This document shows, in pieces, positions 1 to 10,223 of a stretch of DNA of 64,000 bases (within the stretch, counting starts at the first letter, position 1; the number at the start of each line of letters is the position of its first letter). This DNA comes from Candidatus Aminicenantes bacterium UBA6228. Its GTDB lineage: Bacteria > Acidobacteriota > Aminicenantia > Aminicenantales > Saccharicenantaceae. The notes under the pieces are model-generated. The model saw only the letters and a list, made by a program, of their open reading frames with translations. It ran no database searches and was not told the origin of the DNA. Both the position numbers and the translations under genes were made by a program. The stretch is from assembly GCA_002441005.1 (NCBI GenBank), contig DJWO01000002.1, positions 70,784 to 134,783 of the forward strand, read 5' to 3'.

Positions 1-306
1 GACTTTTTCTTCCCTGATAACTTTTTCCAGATTGGGGATGAGCATCGGATCTTCCAGGATCATCAGGTGAGCATCAAAGATAAAAGCCTGGTCTTTGCCC
101 ATCTGCTTCTCGATATAGCCTTTAAGCTTCTGCAGCTCTTCTTTGGTTCGCTCAAAGGCCCGGCGCAACCGTTTCAGCTCATCAGCTACCTGCTGATCAG
201 AAATAGTCTCCCGGCGGGAAGTGAAGACGACCCTCTCCGACAGGATAGCTTCCCCCAGCCCGATCCCAGGAGAAACAGCCAGGCCGCGTAACCGGATAAC
301 TTCCAT
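1..306 (-). CDS. ptsI: PTS enzyme I (PEP-protein phosphotransferase), N-terminal part; the gene runs off the window start
   Basis: Minus-strand translation from the ATG at 306 gives MEVIRLRGLAVSPGIGLGEAILSERVVF..., a typical EI N-terminal domain. It lies directly downstream of ptsH. Confidence 0.75.
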   Translation of the reverse strand, partial: MEVIRLRGLAVSPGIGLGEAILSERVVFTSRRETISDQQVADELKRLRRAFERTKEELQKLKGYIEKQMGKDQAFIFDAHLMILEDPMLIPNLEKVIREEKV

Positions 307-308
307 TC

Positions 309-578
309 TTATTCTTCCTCGCCAAAGCGGTTGTTGATTAAGTCGGTCAGGGCTTTTAAAGCCTGCTCCTCATCGCGGCCGGAAACCAGTAGTTTAAGCT
401 GGGTGCCCTGCCCGGCGGCCAGGGTGAGAATACCCAGAATGCTCTTCCCATCGACTTCACTGTTATCCTTGACTAAGTGCACCGAGGAGGCAAAACGGTT
501 GGCTAAGTTAACAAATTTTACCGCGGCCCGGGCATGTAAACCGAGCTTGTTTTTGATGGTGATTTTCTTTTCCTGCAT
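309..578 (-). CDS. ptsH: Phosphocarrier protein HPr
   Basis: 89 aa with the GLHARAA active-site His motif near the N-terminus; adjacent to ptsI. Confidence 0.9.
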   Translation of the reverse strand: MQEKKITIKNKLGLHARAAVKFVNLANRFASSVHLVKDNSEVDGKSILGILTLAAGQGTQLKLLVSGRDEEQALKALTDLINNRFGEEE

Positions 579-592
579 GGTTCATTATCGCC

Positions 593-1000
593 TTATTTCG
601 ATCTGGAATTGAGCAGGCTGCTAACCAGATGGATATTTTTCTTGCCTTGATCAGCTACCTTTTTGGCCACTTCTTTGAGGTTGTTATTCCTTTGTAAAGA
701 CACAAACTTAATCAGCATCGGCATATTAACCCCGGTAATGATCTCCACTTTATTCTCAGCCAGAAAGCTGAAACTGAGATTGGAAGGAGTGCCGCCGAAC
801 ATATCGGTAAAGATAATCACCCCGTTTTTCTGGTCAACCTTTTTTAAACTCTGGCTGATTTTTTTCTTGGATTCTTCCACATCATCGTACCAGCCAATGG
901 AAATGGCCTCGATATTAGGAGCTTCGCCCAGAATGATAATAACCGCATTCAGCAGCTCTTCTGCCAGCTTGCCGTGCGAAACAATCACTCCGCCAATCAT
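593..1000 (-). CDS. PTS EIIA component, mannose/fructose family
   Basis: 135 aa; the N-terminal GGVIVSHG His-loop is typical of EIIA-Man. Confidence 0.8.
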   Translation of the reverse strand: MIGGVIVSHGKLAEELLNAVIIILGEAPNIEAISIGWYDDVEESKKKISQSLKKVDQKNGVIIFTDMFGGTPSNLSFSFLAENKVEIITGVNMPMLIKFVSLQRNNNLKEVAKKVADQGKKNIHLVSSLLNSRSK

Positions 1001-1047
1001 GCCAAACCGCCCGTTGTCAAATCTTCAATATTCTAACCAATTCTATC

Positions 1048-1914
1048 TTATTTATAAATATCACGGTGAATTATTTTTACTTCCAGTTTTTCCTGGCGTA
1101 AGTGATCCTTTAAAGCCTCAGCGATGACCACTGACCGGTGTTTTCCGCCAGTGCAACCGACAGAAATAGTCAGGGTGCTTTTGCCCTCTTTCCGGAAGCC
1201 GGGAATCTGACTGTCAATAAAAGCCAGGAGATTCTTAAGATAGTCAGCCGTTTCCCCTGACTTCAAAACAAACTCTCTAACCTTTCTTGATTTCCCGGTG
1301 AGATTTCTCAGCTCATCGGCATAAAAAGGATTGGGCAAAAATCTGGTGTCGAAAACCAGGTCTGAATCAAGAGGTAAACCGTATTTGTAACCAAAGCTGA
1401 TGACATTAACCTGCAGGCGGCGCCTGCTCTCTTTTAAAATTCTGCCGGCCAGCAGATCCTTCAGCTGGGAAATGCTCAAACCGGTCGTATCGATGACCTC
1501 ATCGGCCATAGCTTTAATCGGACTGAGTTTTTTTCTTTCGAGCCGGACCCCTTCCAGAATAGAGCCTTTCTTAGCTAAGGGGTGAGGCCGGCGGCTTTCA
1601 CTGAATCTCTTGACCAGAGCTTCATCCGAAGCTTCCAGAAAGATCAGTTTGGGCTTCACCCGCAGTTGTTTCAAAATCTGGGGAAAATCATTCAGAAAAT
1701 TTGGCTCACGCATATCTATGACCAAGGCAATGCGGTCTATTTCAACTTTTCCTTTTTGCCACAGGTCAATCAGCCCGGGTATCAATTTAGCGGGCAGGTT
1801 ATCGACGCAATAATATCCCAGGTCTTCCAGAAAGCGGATAACAACTGTCTTGCCTGAGCCGGACAGGCCGGTAATAATAATGAAATCCCCGTTGGTTTTA
1901 GTTTTAGCCATCAA
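1048..1914 (-). CDS. rapZ: RNase adapter protein RapZ (YhbJ family P-loop protein)
   Basis: Walker A GLSGSGKT near the N-terminus, with the conserved position downstream of ptsN/hprK. Confidence 0.9.
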   Translation of the reverse strand: MMAKTKTNGDFIIITGLSGSGKTVVIRFLEDLGYYCVDNLPAKLIPGLIDLWQKGKVEIDRIALVIDMREPNFLNDFPQILKQLRVKPKLIFLEASDEALVKRFSESRRPHPLAKKGSILEGVRLERKKLSPIKAMADEVIDTTGLSISQLKDLLAGRILKESRRRLQVNVISFGYKYGLPLDSDLVFDTRFLPNPFYADELRNLTGKSRKVREFVLKSGETADYLKNLLAFIDSQIPGFRKEGKSTLTISVGCTGGKHRSVVIAEALKDHLRQEKLEVKIIHRDIYK

Positions 1915-2492
1915 CCCCTCTTAACCGACAGCCTCTTTTCCAGCTGCCGGATAACATCCCGGGCAGCCTCATAACCTCTCTGCCTTAAAAGAAAAACCCG
2001 GCAAGCCACTTCAATCAAGGTGGCAATATTCCGGCCAGGAGCGACGGGAATGTGGAGCTGGGGAATCCTTCGCCCGGCCAGAAGATAATCTTCCTGGAAT
2101 TTAAGGCCGAGACGGTCAACTTCTATTTTTTTGCTCCACTTTTTAAGCCTGATCACCAGGTTAATCGGAGCCCTGTCCAGCAGGGCTGGGGGACCGAATA
2201 TTTCCTTGATATTGATGATGCCCAGCCCTCTGATTTCCATAAAATTCCGGGTTAGACGGGGAGAGCGACCTTGAAGCTGGCCATGTCCGTCTTCAAAAAT
2301 TTCAACGACATCATCGGAGATAAACTTATGCCCGCGAGCGATAAGCTCCAGCGAGCTCTCGCTTTTCCCAATCCCGCTGTCACCGATGATGAGCGTCCCC
2401 ACCCCGAATATTTTTAGCAGGCCGGCCGAGATGACTACCTGGCAGGCCGGGTTCCGGCTGGAAGCCGGTTTCCTTTTTTGACTTTTATTCAA
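1911..2492 (-). CDS. hprK: HPr kinase/phosphorylase, short form with the C-terminal catalytic domain only
   Basis: GDSGIGKSE P-loop and the downstream ELIARGHKFISDD motif; 4-bp overlap with rapZ. Confidence 0.8.
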   Translation of the reverse strand: MNKSQKRKPASSRNPACQVVISAGLLKIFGVGTLIIGDSGIGKSESSLELIARGHKFISDDVVEIFEDGHGQLQGRSPRLTRNFMEIRGLGIINIKEIFGPPALLDRAPINLVIRLKKWSKKIEVDRLGLKFQEDYLLAGRRIPQLHIPVAPGRNIATLIEVACRVFLLRQRGYEAARDVIRQLEKRLSVKRG

Positions 2493-2955
2493 TTTGCTTC
2501 TCTTCCTGCCTTTTGATCGTCTCCCGAACCTCGGCCTGGCTCCTGGCCTGCAGTAGTTTGTCTTTAAGTTCCGGTGACTTTTTAATTAATTGAGCAATCA
2601 GAGCCAGAATCTGCAGATTGAGGCTGGGATCTTCCAGGGAGGTTATGAGAAGAAAAAAGATATTAACCGGACGTCCATCAGGCGCCTCGAAAGGAACACC
2701 CTGCCTGGTAATTCCGACTAAGACGATAGGATTACTAACCCATTTGACTTTACAATGAGGAATAGCCACCCCTTCGCCCAGGGCCGTAGTCCCGAGTGAT
2801 TCCCGCTGCTCGAGCTTGTCAATAACTTCCTCCGGGCGGCTGATTAGCTTATTCTTTTTTAAATAATTGACCATCTCCCGGATGGCTTCCGCTTTGCTCT
2901 TGGCCTTAATATCCAGCAGGATTGTTTTTTCGTCGATAATATTGGATAACCTCAA
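2485..2955 (-). CDS. ptsN: PTS EIIA-Ntr (nitrogen regulatory IIA)
   Basis: 156 aa fructose-type EIIA with the GVAIPH active-site His; located between hpf and hprK. Confidence 0.85.
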   Translation of the reverse strand: MRLSNIIDEKTILLDIKAKSKAEAIREMVNYLKKNKLISRPEEVIDKLEQRESLGTTALGEGVAIPHCKVKWVSNPIVLVGITRQGVPFEAPDGRPVNIFFLLITSLEDPSLNLQILALIAQLIKKSPELKDKLLQARSQAEVRETIKRQEEKQIE

Positions 2956-3016
2956 GTCTAACTGCTCCTTACCGCCAATTCCAACCTGGATTCAATCTTC
3001 AGATAGGTTACCCTTT

Positions 3017-3541
3017 TCAAGCTTCAGGGTCAACCAGTCCAACCGTTCCGTCCTGGCGGCGGAAAATTACCGCCCAGTTCCTACTTCCTTCTTTTTTAAA
3101 AAGAAAGGCTTCTTTCCCGCCTTCTTCCAGTCTGACCAGGGCTTCTTCCAAGCTGATTGGCTGATCAGAATAATAGGGCAGCAGAACCAGTTTGGCCTCA
3201 ATCTGTGGCCTGAGGACAGGAGTGGCCAGAGCCTGACGGCTGGAGGCCCGGCGACGTTTTTGAATCAACTTTCTTCTTTCTTTGACAATTTTTCTTTCCA
3301 GACTGTCGAAGGCCTGGTTAAGTGAATTGAACATGTCGGTTGTTTCTTCCGACAGGGCAAAATCTTCTCCCCTCCTTTTAATTAACAGGTCAACTCTTTT
3401 CCGGCTTTTCTCTTCAGTCAGGATGACCTCAATTTGCTGCACCTCATCCAGGATTTTCCCCATCCTGTTGAGCCTTTTTTCACAATAATCCCTGATCTCC
3501 TCGGTCAACTCCGTATGCCTGGCAGTAAAATTAACGATCAT
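3017..3541 (-). CDS. hpf: Ribosome hibernation promoting factor (long HPF)
   Basis: N-terminus MIVNFTARHTELTEEIRDY; 174 aa with a C-terminal extension; immediately downstream of rpoN. Confidence 0.9.
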   Translation of the reverse strand: MIVNFTARHTELTEEIRDYCEKRLNRMGKILDEVQQIEVILTEEKSRKRVDLLIKRRGEDFALSEETTDMFNSLNQAFDSLERKIVKERRKLIQKRRRASSRQALATPVLRPQIEAKLVLLPYYSDQPISLEEALVRLEEGGKEAFLFKKEGSRNWAVIFRRQDGTVGLVDPEA

Positions 3542-4989
3542 TCGACCTCCTCCAGTAAAAATTTCTTTTTTCTTATATTGGCTGGCGGAAGACCCTGCTG
3601 GCCACGATATTTAGCCACAGTCCGGCGAGCGATCTGAACATTCTCCCTGGTTAATATAGCCACGATTTCCTCATCGCTCAAGGGATTGGTTTTATCTTCA
3701 TTCTGAACCAGCTTCCTGATTCTATCTTTGATTTTTAAGGAAGAAATTTCTTCCCCGTAGGCCCCGCTCAGCGACTTATGGAAGAAATATTTTAAAGGAA
3801 ACAACCCGAGAGGAGTCATCATATATTTGTTGGCTACCACCCGGCCAATGGTTGACTCATGCAGGCCAAGCTCCCGGCCGATCTCGATCAGAGTCATGGG
3901 CTTCAAGGCCTCGAGCCCATTCTCCAGAAATTCTTTTTGTTTTTTGACGATATAATCGGCTACCCGGTAGATGGTCCGGTTTCTTTGATTAATACTCTTG
4001 ATAAACCACAACGCTCTCTTCATCTTGTCTTTAATAAATCTGGCTGTCTCCTGATCAGCCTTGACTCCCGCCTGGGCTAATTGCCGGTAATAACGATTGA
4101 GCCGCAACCTGGGCAGGCCTTCTTCATTCAGGTAAATTTTCCATTCGCCGCGTTCTTTAACCACATAAATATCAGGGACGACATAGATGGTCCGGTCCTC
4201 ACTGTATTTTCGCCCGGGAGCCGGATCAAGGTTTTTAATCAGGTCAAGATGAAGACGCAATTCGGCCAGAGAAATATTAAGCTGGCTGGCCAGCTCCTGA
4301 TGAGCAGCCTTTTCCAGCAGGGGAAGATAATCAGCAATGATTCTCCTGGCCGTCTCATCCTGAAGGTTAAGCGAATCCATTTGAGCCAGCAACGCTTCTT
4401 TTAAAGTCAGGCTGCCGCAGCCAGGCGGATCAAACATTTTTATCTTTGACCGGACCTCTTCCACCAGGGCCAGATCCTCTGGCAGCCGGGAGGCTATTTC
4501 CTCCGGGCTCACGGTGAGATACCCGTCCTCATTGATATTACCGATAATATATTCAGCTACTTTTAGTTCACCTGGCTCAAAGAAAGTCAGCCCAGCCTGC
4601 CAGTTCAAATGATCCCAGAGAGACGGGCTCTCTGATACCTGATTTTCAAATCTTGGCTCATCCTGGCCGGTTTCATTTAAAGTTGGAATTGAGTCATCTA
4701 AATAATCTTCGAAACCAGCTGAAAAAATCACATCATCATAATTCTGGCCATCGCTGTCTGCCTGACCGGTTTCAGCGTCAGCTCCGCTTTCTTCCGGACT
4801 GGCCTCGCCGGCCGCCGTCTCCTCGCCTGACTCTCCCTCTATTTCCAGCAGCGGATTTTCAGATAATTCATCATAAACCACCTGCTGCAATTCAAGGTTG
4901 GTCAGCTGCAGCAGCTTAATGGCCTGTTGCAGGGCCGGCGCCAGGATCAGTTTCTGGGCCTGCTTTTGATTGAGCTTTTGCTTTATCAT
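3538..4989 (-). CDS. rpoN: RNA polymerase sigma-54 factor
   Basis: 483 aa with an acidic middle region, the C-terminal RpoN box ARRTVAKYR and an HTH. Confidence 0.95.
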   Translation of the reverse strand: MIKQKLNQKQAQKLILAPALQQAIKLLQLTNLELQQVVYDELSENPLLEIEGESGEETAAGEASPEESGADAETGQADSDGQNYDDVIFSAGFEDYLDDSIPTLNETGQDEPRFENQVSESPSLWDHLNWQAGLTFFEPGELKVAEYIIGNINEDGYLTVSPEEIASRLPEDLALVEEVRSKIKMFDPPGCGSLTLKEALLAQMDSLNLQDETARRIIADYLPLLEKAAHQELASQLNISLAELRLHLDLIKNLDPAPGRKYSEDRTIYVVPDIYVVKERGEWKIYLNEEGLPRLRLNRYYRQLAQAGVKADQETARFIKDKMKRALWFIKSINQRNRTIYRVADYIVKKQKEFLENGLEALKPMTLIEIGRELGLHESTIGRVVANKYMMTPLGLFPLKYFFHKSLSGAYGEEISSLKIKDRIRKLVQNEDKTNPLSDEEIVAILTRENVQIARRTVAKYRGQQGLPPANIRKKKFLLEEVE

Positions 4990-4998
4990 CAGTCTAAA

Positions 4999-5727
4999 TT
5001 ATAGACGGAAGTCGTGGCCAAAATATATCTCTCTAATTTCATTTTCCTTTAAGACTTCTTCTGGCCTTCCTTCAAATAAAATCTTTCCCTCATTTATTAT
5101 ATAGATTCTATCAAGAATTTTCAGCGCTTCTTGAGCCCGGTGATCGGTCAGGAGGAGGCCGACGCTCTTTTCTTTTAGCTTGAGAACGACCTGTTGCAAT
5201 TCAGCCACAGCTTTCGGATCAAGTTCTGAAAATGGTTCGTCCAGCAGCAGGAATTGAGGCTCCAGAATCATTGCCCTGACTATTTCCAGTTTCCGGCGCT
5301 CTCCGCCTGAGAGCTGACCGGCCAGCTCCCCGGCCACGCCGAGCAAGCCGAACTCTTCCAGCTGTCTCCTGATTTCTTCCCGGCAGGCGCCGGCTCCTTT
5401 GCTTCCGTTTTTTGCTTCGGCCGCCAGCCAGAGGTTTTCCTCAACTGTCAGTCCGCGAAAAATTGAATCTTCCTGGGGTAAAAAGCCTAAACCTTTTCTG
5501 ACCCTGACATAAATCGGGCAGGACGTCAATTCCTCATCATTGAGCAATACCTGGCCGCTGTCCTGGCGGACCAGCCCGATGATGACCGAAAAAGCCGTGG
5601 TCTTGCCTGCCCCATTGGGTCCAAGCAGCCCAACGATTTCTTTTTGGCTGATTCGGATGGAGACGTGGTCTAAAACCAGGCGCTGACCATACCTTTTGAC
5701 CAGATTTTTGACCTCTAACAGGCTCAT
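4999..5727 (-). CDS. lptB: LPS export ABC transporter ATP-binding protein
   Basis: Walker A GPNGAGKTT, the LSGGE signature and Walker B LLLDEP; positioned upstream of rpoN. Confidence 0.9.
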   Translation of the reverse strand: MSLLEVKNLVKRYGQRLVLDHVSIRISQKEIVGLLGPNGAGKTTAFSVIIGLVRQDSGQVLLNDEELTSCPIYVRVRKGLGFLPQEDSIFRGLTVEENLWLAAEAKNGSKGAGACREEIRRQLEEFGLLGVAGELAGQLSGGERRKLEIVRAMILEPQFLLLDEPFSELDPKAVAELQQVVLKLKEKSVGLLLTDHRAQEALKILDRIYIINEGKILFEGRPEEVLKENEIREIYFGHDFRL

Positions 5728-7541
5728 TTTTCCCTGCGAAGGGTGGTCACTGATCTTTTTTTCCCTTGATTTTCTACTGTGATTTTATCATCCAGGGTAA
5801 ATAAAGTCAATTTATCGGCTTCAACCCTGTTACCATCTTTATCTTTGAGCTTGGCCAGGCTGCTAAAAATAAAGACTTCCTCAGCCGGGCGGTAAGTGGC
5901 TTCTTTTGAGTCAAACTCATAGTCATGCCAGGAAAGCCTGACCGGGCCATCAGCCTCCAGACGGGTCAGCTCATCAGAATTTTCTCTTTCGAAATAAAAA
6001 ATAAGCCGTCCGGCCTGAAGTTTAAATTCATCAGAAAGGAAATTTACCTCTCTCCGGGCCTCGAGGGCCAGCCCGGAGGGAAGAAGGCTTAATTCCTTAG
6101 CGCTGAGTTCGGCTCTTTTTATTTTAGAGCCGGCCTGCCTGTAGGCCAGGTTAGCTTTAATCCCGTCACTTAAAGCTATCATCCCTGTTTCTCTATCCAC
6201 CGAGGCCCGGCCGGCCAGAAAAACATTTTCGTCCTGCCGTAGAACCGTCTGACCCTTGAGGTCAATTCTCTCCCTGTTCCCGCTGGCTTCAGCGCCTCCG
6301 GCAGTCAGGGGTCTATCCTTTTTAAAAAAGGAAACAGCCAGCTTAAAAAAATCCGGGCTTATTTCAAACTTGGCCCGGTTAGCTTTAAAACTAAGGTCAG
6401 ACATTTCTAACTCCAGGCTCTTTGACTCAAGCTTAAATTCAGGATAAGTCAACCGGGCTGAGGCCTGAAGGCTGATTTTCCCGGTCAGGAGATTATCTTC
6501 TAACCCCTGGCCCTCAAGCTCCAGTCGCTTTTCTCCCCCGTCGAAGACAAGCAGGACTGCTTTCCTGGCCAGAAACGAGGCCGCCTGCCCTTCTGGATTA
6601 AAAATTAATTCAATCTCCTCTCCCTGGCCGGCCAGGTCACCCGAGCGGCCCTCAGCCTTTAGTTCCCAGCTGCCCGGAGCCTGGAGAAGCCAGCTACCCT
6701 GTTGCCTGGTTAATATCATCTTAGCGGTAGCCAGGTTAAGACTTGAAAAAGTTGAGGCCTCTTCCATCTGCCTCAAATCAAAAAACGCTTTCCCTTCTAG
6801 TCTCATTTCTTCTGGCACAAAATTATTCTCATCAAGAAGTAAAGTTCCTCCCAAAGCTGTTCCGGACATAGAGCCCTGGTTAAATTTGAGCCCGCCGGCC
6901 TGAACCAATCCGGCTTTCAGGTCAAAATCGACCCTGTTTCCGCTCACTATTAGCGGCGGCTCTAAACTGTTAATCTTTATGACCGCCCCTTTTTGAAACT
7001 GGCCTTTTCTGTCTTTAAGGTCATAAGTGGCGCCGGTGGCAGAAATTTCCAGGCTTCTGAGGTCAAAACGAAGATTCTCTGCCTGCAAAAGGCCTGTTTT
7101 TAAATCATAAGTTAGATCAGGAGCCGAAAGTGTCAGGTCTCCGCTCTTAATTTCCACCGAGCCCTTAGCCAGGAGATTTTGCCAGCCGGAAGCCAGGCCT
7201 GCCTGGTCAGCCTTTAAAATCAGTTGAAAATCAGGTTTTTCCTGGAAAAATTCAACATTTCCCTTTAGCTGCCGGTTATTCTCTTCATCAATTGAGGCCA
7301 GGTCAGCTCTGACTTTTATTTTTCCACCCTGGCTGGTGACTTCCAGAGCGGTAAAATTTTCTTCGAGGCTTTGCACCTTGTCCGGCAACACTCCCCCGGG
7401 GTCAGGCCGGCTGACTTTCTTTTCTTTAGAACCAAGGAAAATGATAAGGATGATGGAGGCTATAAAAGCCACGAGAACCAGCAGGACAATTTTCCTCACC
7501 AGAGGCAGCCAGCCATAAGAGGCATATTTTTTTGGCATCAC
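5724..7541 (-). CDS. LptC/LptA (OstA-like) family periplasmic LPS-transport protein, extended 605-aa form
   Basis: N-terminal TM anchor followed by repetitive beta-jellyroll-like sequence, in the lptC/lptA position upstream of lptB. Confidence 0.55.
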   Translation of the reverse strand: MMPKKYASYGWLPLVRKIVLLVLVAFIASIILIIFLGSKEKKVSRPDPGGVLPDKVQSLEENFTALEVTSQGGKIKVRADLASIDEENNRQLKGNVEFFQEKPDFQLILKADQAGLASGWQNLLAKGSVEIKSGDLTLSAPDLTYDLKTGLLQAENLRFDLRSLEISATGATYDLKDRKGQFQKGAVIKINSLEPPLIVSGNRVDFDLKAGLVQAGGLKFNQGSMSGTALGGTLLLDENNFVPEEMRLEGKAFFDLRQMEEASTFSSLNLATAKMILTRQQGSWLLQAPGSWELKAEGRSGDLAGQGEEIELIFNPEGQAASFLARKAVLLVFDGGEKRLELEGQGLEDNLLTGKISLQASARLTYPEFKLESKSLELEMSDLSFKANRAKFEISPDFFKLAVSFFKKDRPLTAGGAEASGNRERIDLKGQTVLRQDENVFLAGRASVDRETGMIALSDGIKANLAYRQAGSKIKRAELSAKELSLLPSGLALEARREVNFLSDEFKLQAGRLIFYFERENSDELTRLEADGPVRLSWHDYEFDSKEATYRPAEEVFIFSSLAKLKDKDGNRVEADKLTLFTLDDKITVENQGKKRSVTTLRREK

Positions 7542-9241
7542 GCTAAGTGAGTCCTGACATCCTCCAGCTTGAGATGGATCTGGCTTTTCCCCCGGTAATC
7601 TGAGACTTCAAGTGAATAAGCCAGATCGACCTTCTGGCCGCGGCTTAACTCCTGCAGGCTGCCGGCTTTATCCCAGGCCAGAACCTCAAAGACCCGGCCC
7701 CCCTGCCTGGCCCAGAATTTAAGATGCCTGTTCTTCAAGACCACCGGCTCTCCGAGAATGTCTACCTCTTCGGCCATAAAAACCGGCCGCGAATTACCGA
7801 CTCCAAAAGGCAAAAGCCGGGTATAAAATTCCAGAAACGAAGGAGTAATAGCCGGGAAATTAAGCCGCCGGTCGATGACCAGTTTTTTCTGTAAGAGGTC
7901 ATCAGTTATTCTTTCGGCCGCCAGACTGTTTATTCTTTCTTTAAAAGGCAGAAGCTCAGACTGGTTAATCGTGCAGCCGATCGCCTGCTCATGCCCGCCG
8001 AAATTAACCAGCAGGGAACTGCAGTCATTGATCAGGTCGATGAGGGACAGATCAGGCAGGCTGCGGCCAGAGCCATAGGCCTGACCGTTTTCATAAGCAA
8101 ACAAAATTACTGGCCGGTAAAACAGCTCTTTAATTTTTGAGGCCACAATCCCGATTACCCCCCGGTGCCAGTGATCGCTGCCCAGAATTAGCAGGCGGTA
8201 TTTTTCATCCAGCTTTCTGCTCTTAATTTTTTGCACAGCTTCTTTAAAAATCTTTTCTTCAATCCTCTGCCGGGTATTATTGAGCTCGTTGAGCTTCTGG
8301 ACCAGCCCGGCACATTCTTCTTCCGAATCGGAAAAGAACAGCTGCAGGGCCAGCTCAGTTTCGCCCAGGCGGCCGGCCGCATTTATCCGCGGCCCGAGCC
8401 TGAACCCCAGGTCAACCTCATTTATCTTCCGGTTAGTAATTCCGGAAATTTCCAGCAAACTCTTTAGCCCCGGAGTTCTGACTCCTTTTAGCTTGTTCAT
8501 CCCCTCTCTGACCAGAATCCGGTTTTCTCCCTTGAGACTGGCCACATCAGCCACTGTCCCGATGCTGGCCAGCTTCAGAAAGGAAGTCAAATCCTGTTTG
8601 ATGCCCCGTTCTAAGAAAAGAGCCTGGATAAGTTTGAAGACTACTCCCACCCCGGCCAGATTTTTATCTGGATAACCAGAGGATTCGATGACTGGATTAA
8701 GGACGGCCACCGCCTGGGGTAAATCATCTCCAGGATGATGATGGTCGGTAATGATAACCTCCAGCCCCTTTTCTTTAGCTTCCTCCACAAAATCAGTAGC
8801 TTTTATTCCACAATCCACACTGATCAGCAGGTTAGCTTTCATTTCCAGGATATGGGGAAGATGGTGAATCTTCAGTCCATAGCCGTCTTTCATTCTATCG
8901 GGAATAAAATATTCGGCCTGGCCGCCAAGAGAACGGAGGGCCTTGACCAGCATGACCACCGACAGAATACCATCCACATCATAATCACCGAAGACCACCA
9001 TTTTTTCTTTTCTGGCTATAGCCTGAAAAATCCGGCCCGTAGCTTCCTTCATGCCTTTCATCAGAAATGGATTATGAAGCTCGGCCAGCTGGCCATAAAG
9101 AAAAAAAGCGGCTTCCCCGGCAGTCTTGATACCACGGTTAACCAGAATGGCAGCTATCTCGTCGGGGAGATTAAGCTCCTGGGCCAGAATCCAGGCTTCA
9201 GGATTTTCGGGCAGGATCCGCCAGTGGTAATTGGCCTTCAT
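7538..9241 (-). CDS. recJ: Single-stranded-DNA-specific exonuclease RecJ
   Basis: DHH motifs including ITDHHHPGD, plus a DHHA1 region; 567 aa. Confidence 0.9.
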   Translation of the reverse strand: MKANYHWRILPENPEAWILAQELNLPDEIAAILVNRGIKTAGEAAFFLYGQLAELHNPFLMKGMKEATGRIFQAIARKEKMVVFGDYDVDGILSVVMLVKALRSLGGQAEYFIPDRMKDGYGLKIHHLPHILEMKANLLISVDCGIKATDFVEEAKEKGLEVIITDHHHPGDDLPQAVAVLNPVIESSGYPDKNLAGVGVVFKLIQALFLERGIKQDLTSFLKLASIGTVADVASLKGENRILVREGMNKLKGVRTPGLKSLLEISGITNRKINEVDLGFRLGPRINAAGRLGETELALQLFFSDSEEECAGLVQKLNELNNTRQRIEEKIFKEAVQKIKSRKLDEKYRLLILGSDHWHRGVIGIVASKIKELFYRPVILFAYENGQAYGSGRSLPDLSLIDLINDCSSLLVNFGGHEQAIGCTINQSELLPFKERINSLAAERITDDLLQKKLVIDRRLNFPAITPSFLEFYTRLLPFGVGNSRPVFMAEEVDILGEPVVLKNRHLKFWARQGGRVFEVLAWDKAGSLQELSRGQKVDLAYSLEVSDYRGKSQIHLKLEDVRTHLA

Positions 9242-9338
9242 CTTTTTAAATTTAACATAACTTCAAGCCGGCGACAACCGGCTAAACCAGCTTAGCCTGG
9301 TTGACATCATCCGGGCTCAAAAATATAATTCATAGGCC

Positions 9339-10223
9339 GTGTTAGAAAAACTTAAAGAAACCCTGGCCAGGACCAGAAAATTCTTTGCCCCGATCGAACA
9401 GCTCTTAACCCGCAACCTGTCGCAGGAAGAAATTCTAAATGAACTGTTTGAGTTGCTCATTCTGGCCGATATCGGTCCTGCTACCAGTCAGAAAATTATC
9501 GACGGCCTCAAACAAAAAAGCCGAAAGTCAGGCCAGGCAGACCTCAGGTCTTTATTAAAACAAGAACTCATTGACATTCTGTCCTCTGAACCAGCTACGG
9601 TCAACGAGGCCTTTCCAGCTGTCTGGCTGCTGGTCGGGGTTAATGGCGGAGGCAAAACCACCTCGGCCGCCAAGCTGGCCTCTAAATACCAGAGCCAGGG
9701 TAAGAAAGTTATGCTGGCCGCGGCTGATACCTTCCGGGCAGCTGCTCAAGAACAACTGGTTCTATGGGGAAAGAGGCTGAATCTGCCGGTAATTCAGGGA
9801 CAAACGGGAGCCGATCCGGCTTCGGTCGTCTATGATGCTGTCCAATCATTTAAAGCCAGAAATTATGACCTGTTGATCATTGACACCGCCGGCCGCCTTC
9901 ACACTTATGCCAATCTGATGGCCGAGCTGGAAAAAATAAAAAAGGTTATCAGCCGGGAAATTCCTGGAGCCCCGCAAGAGATACTTCTGGTCCTTGATTC
10001 GACTATCGGGCAGAATGCCATCGTTCAGGCCAGAGAGTTTAACCGCTTTTCCGGCCTGACCGGGGTCTTCCTGACCAAACTTGATGGCACGGCCCGCGGA
10101 GGAAGCGTCCTGGCAGTCGTCGAAGAATTAAAACTGCCCATAAAATTTGTTGGCCTGGGCGAGACAGAAAAGGATATAATGGAGTTTGAACCGGAAGCCT
10201 TTGTTGAGGCTCTCCTCTCATGA
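9339..10223 (+). CDS. ftsY: Signal recognition particle receptor FtsY (NG domain)
   Basis: GVNGGGKTT, DTAGR and TKLDG GTPase motifs. Confidence 0.9.
   Translation: MLEKLKETLARTRKFFAPIEQLLTRNLSQEEILNELFELLILADIGPATSQKIIDGLKQKSRKSGQADLRSLLKQELIDILSSEPATVNEAFPAVWLLVGVNGGGKTTSAAKLASKYQSQGKKVMLAAADTFRAAAQEQLVLWGKRLNLPVIQGQTGADPASVVYDAVQSFKARNYDLLIIDTAGRLHTYANLMAELEKIKKVISREIPGAPQEILLVLDSTIGQNAIVQAREFNRFSGLTGVFLTKLDGTARGGSVLAVVEELKLPIKFVGLGETEKDIMEFEPEAFVEALLS

Noticed and set aside
67-291. 74-aa plus-strand ORF at the window start
   Set aside because: The minus strand here encodes the conserved N-terminus of PTS enzyme I (MEVIRLRGLAVSPGIGLGE…), so the plus-strand ORF is a shadow.
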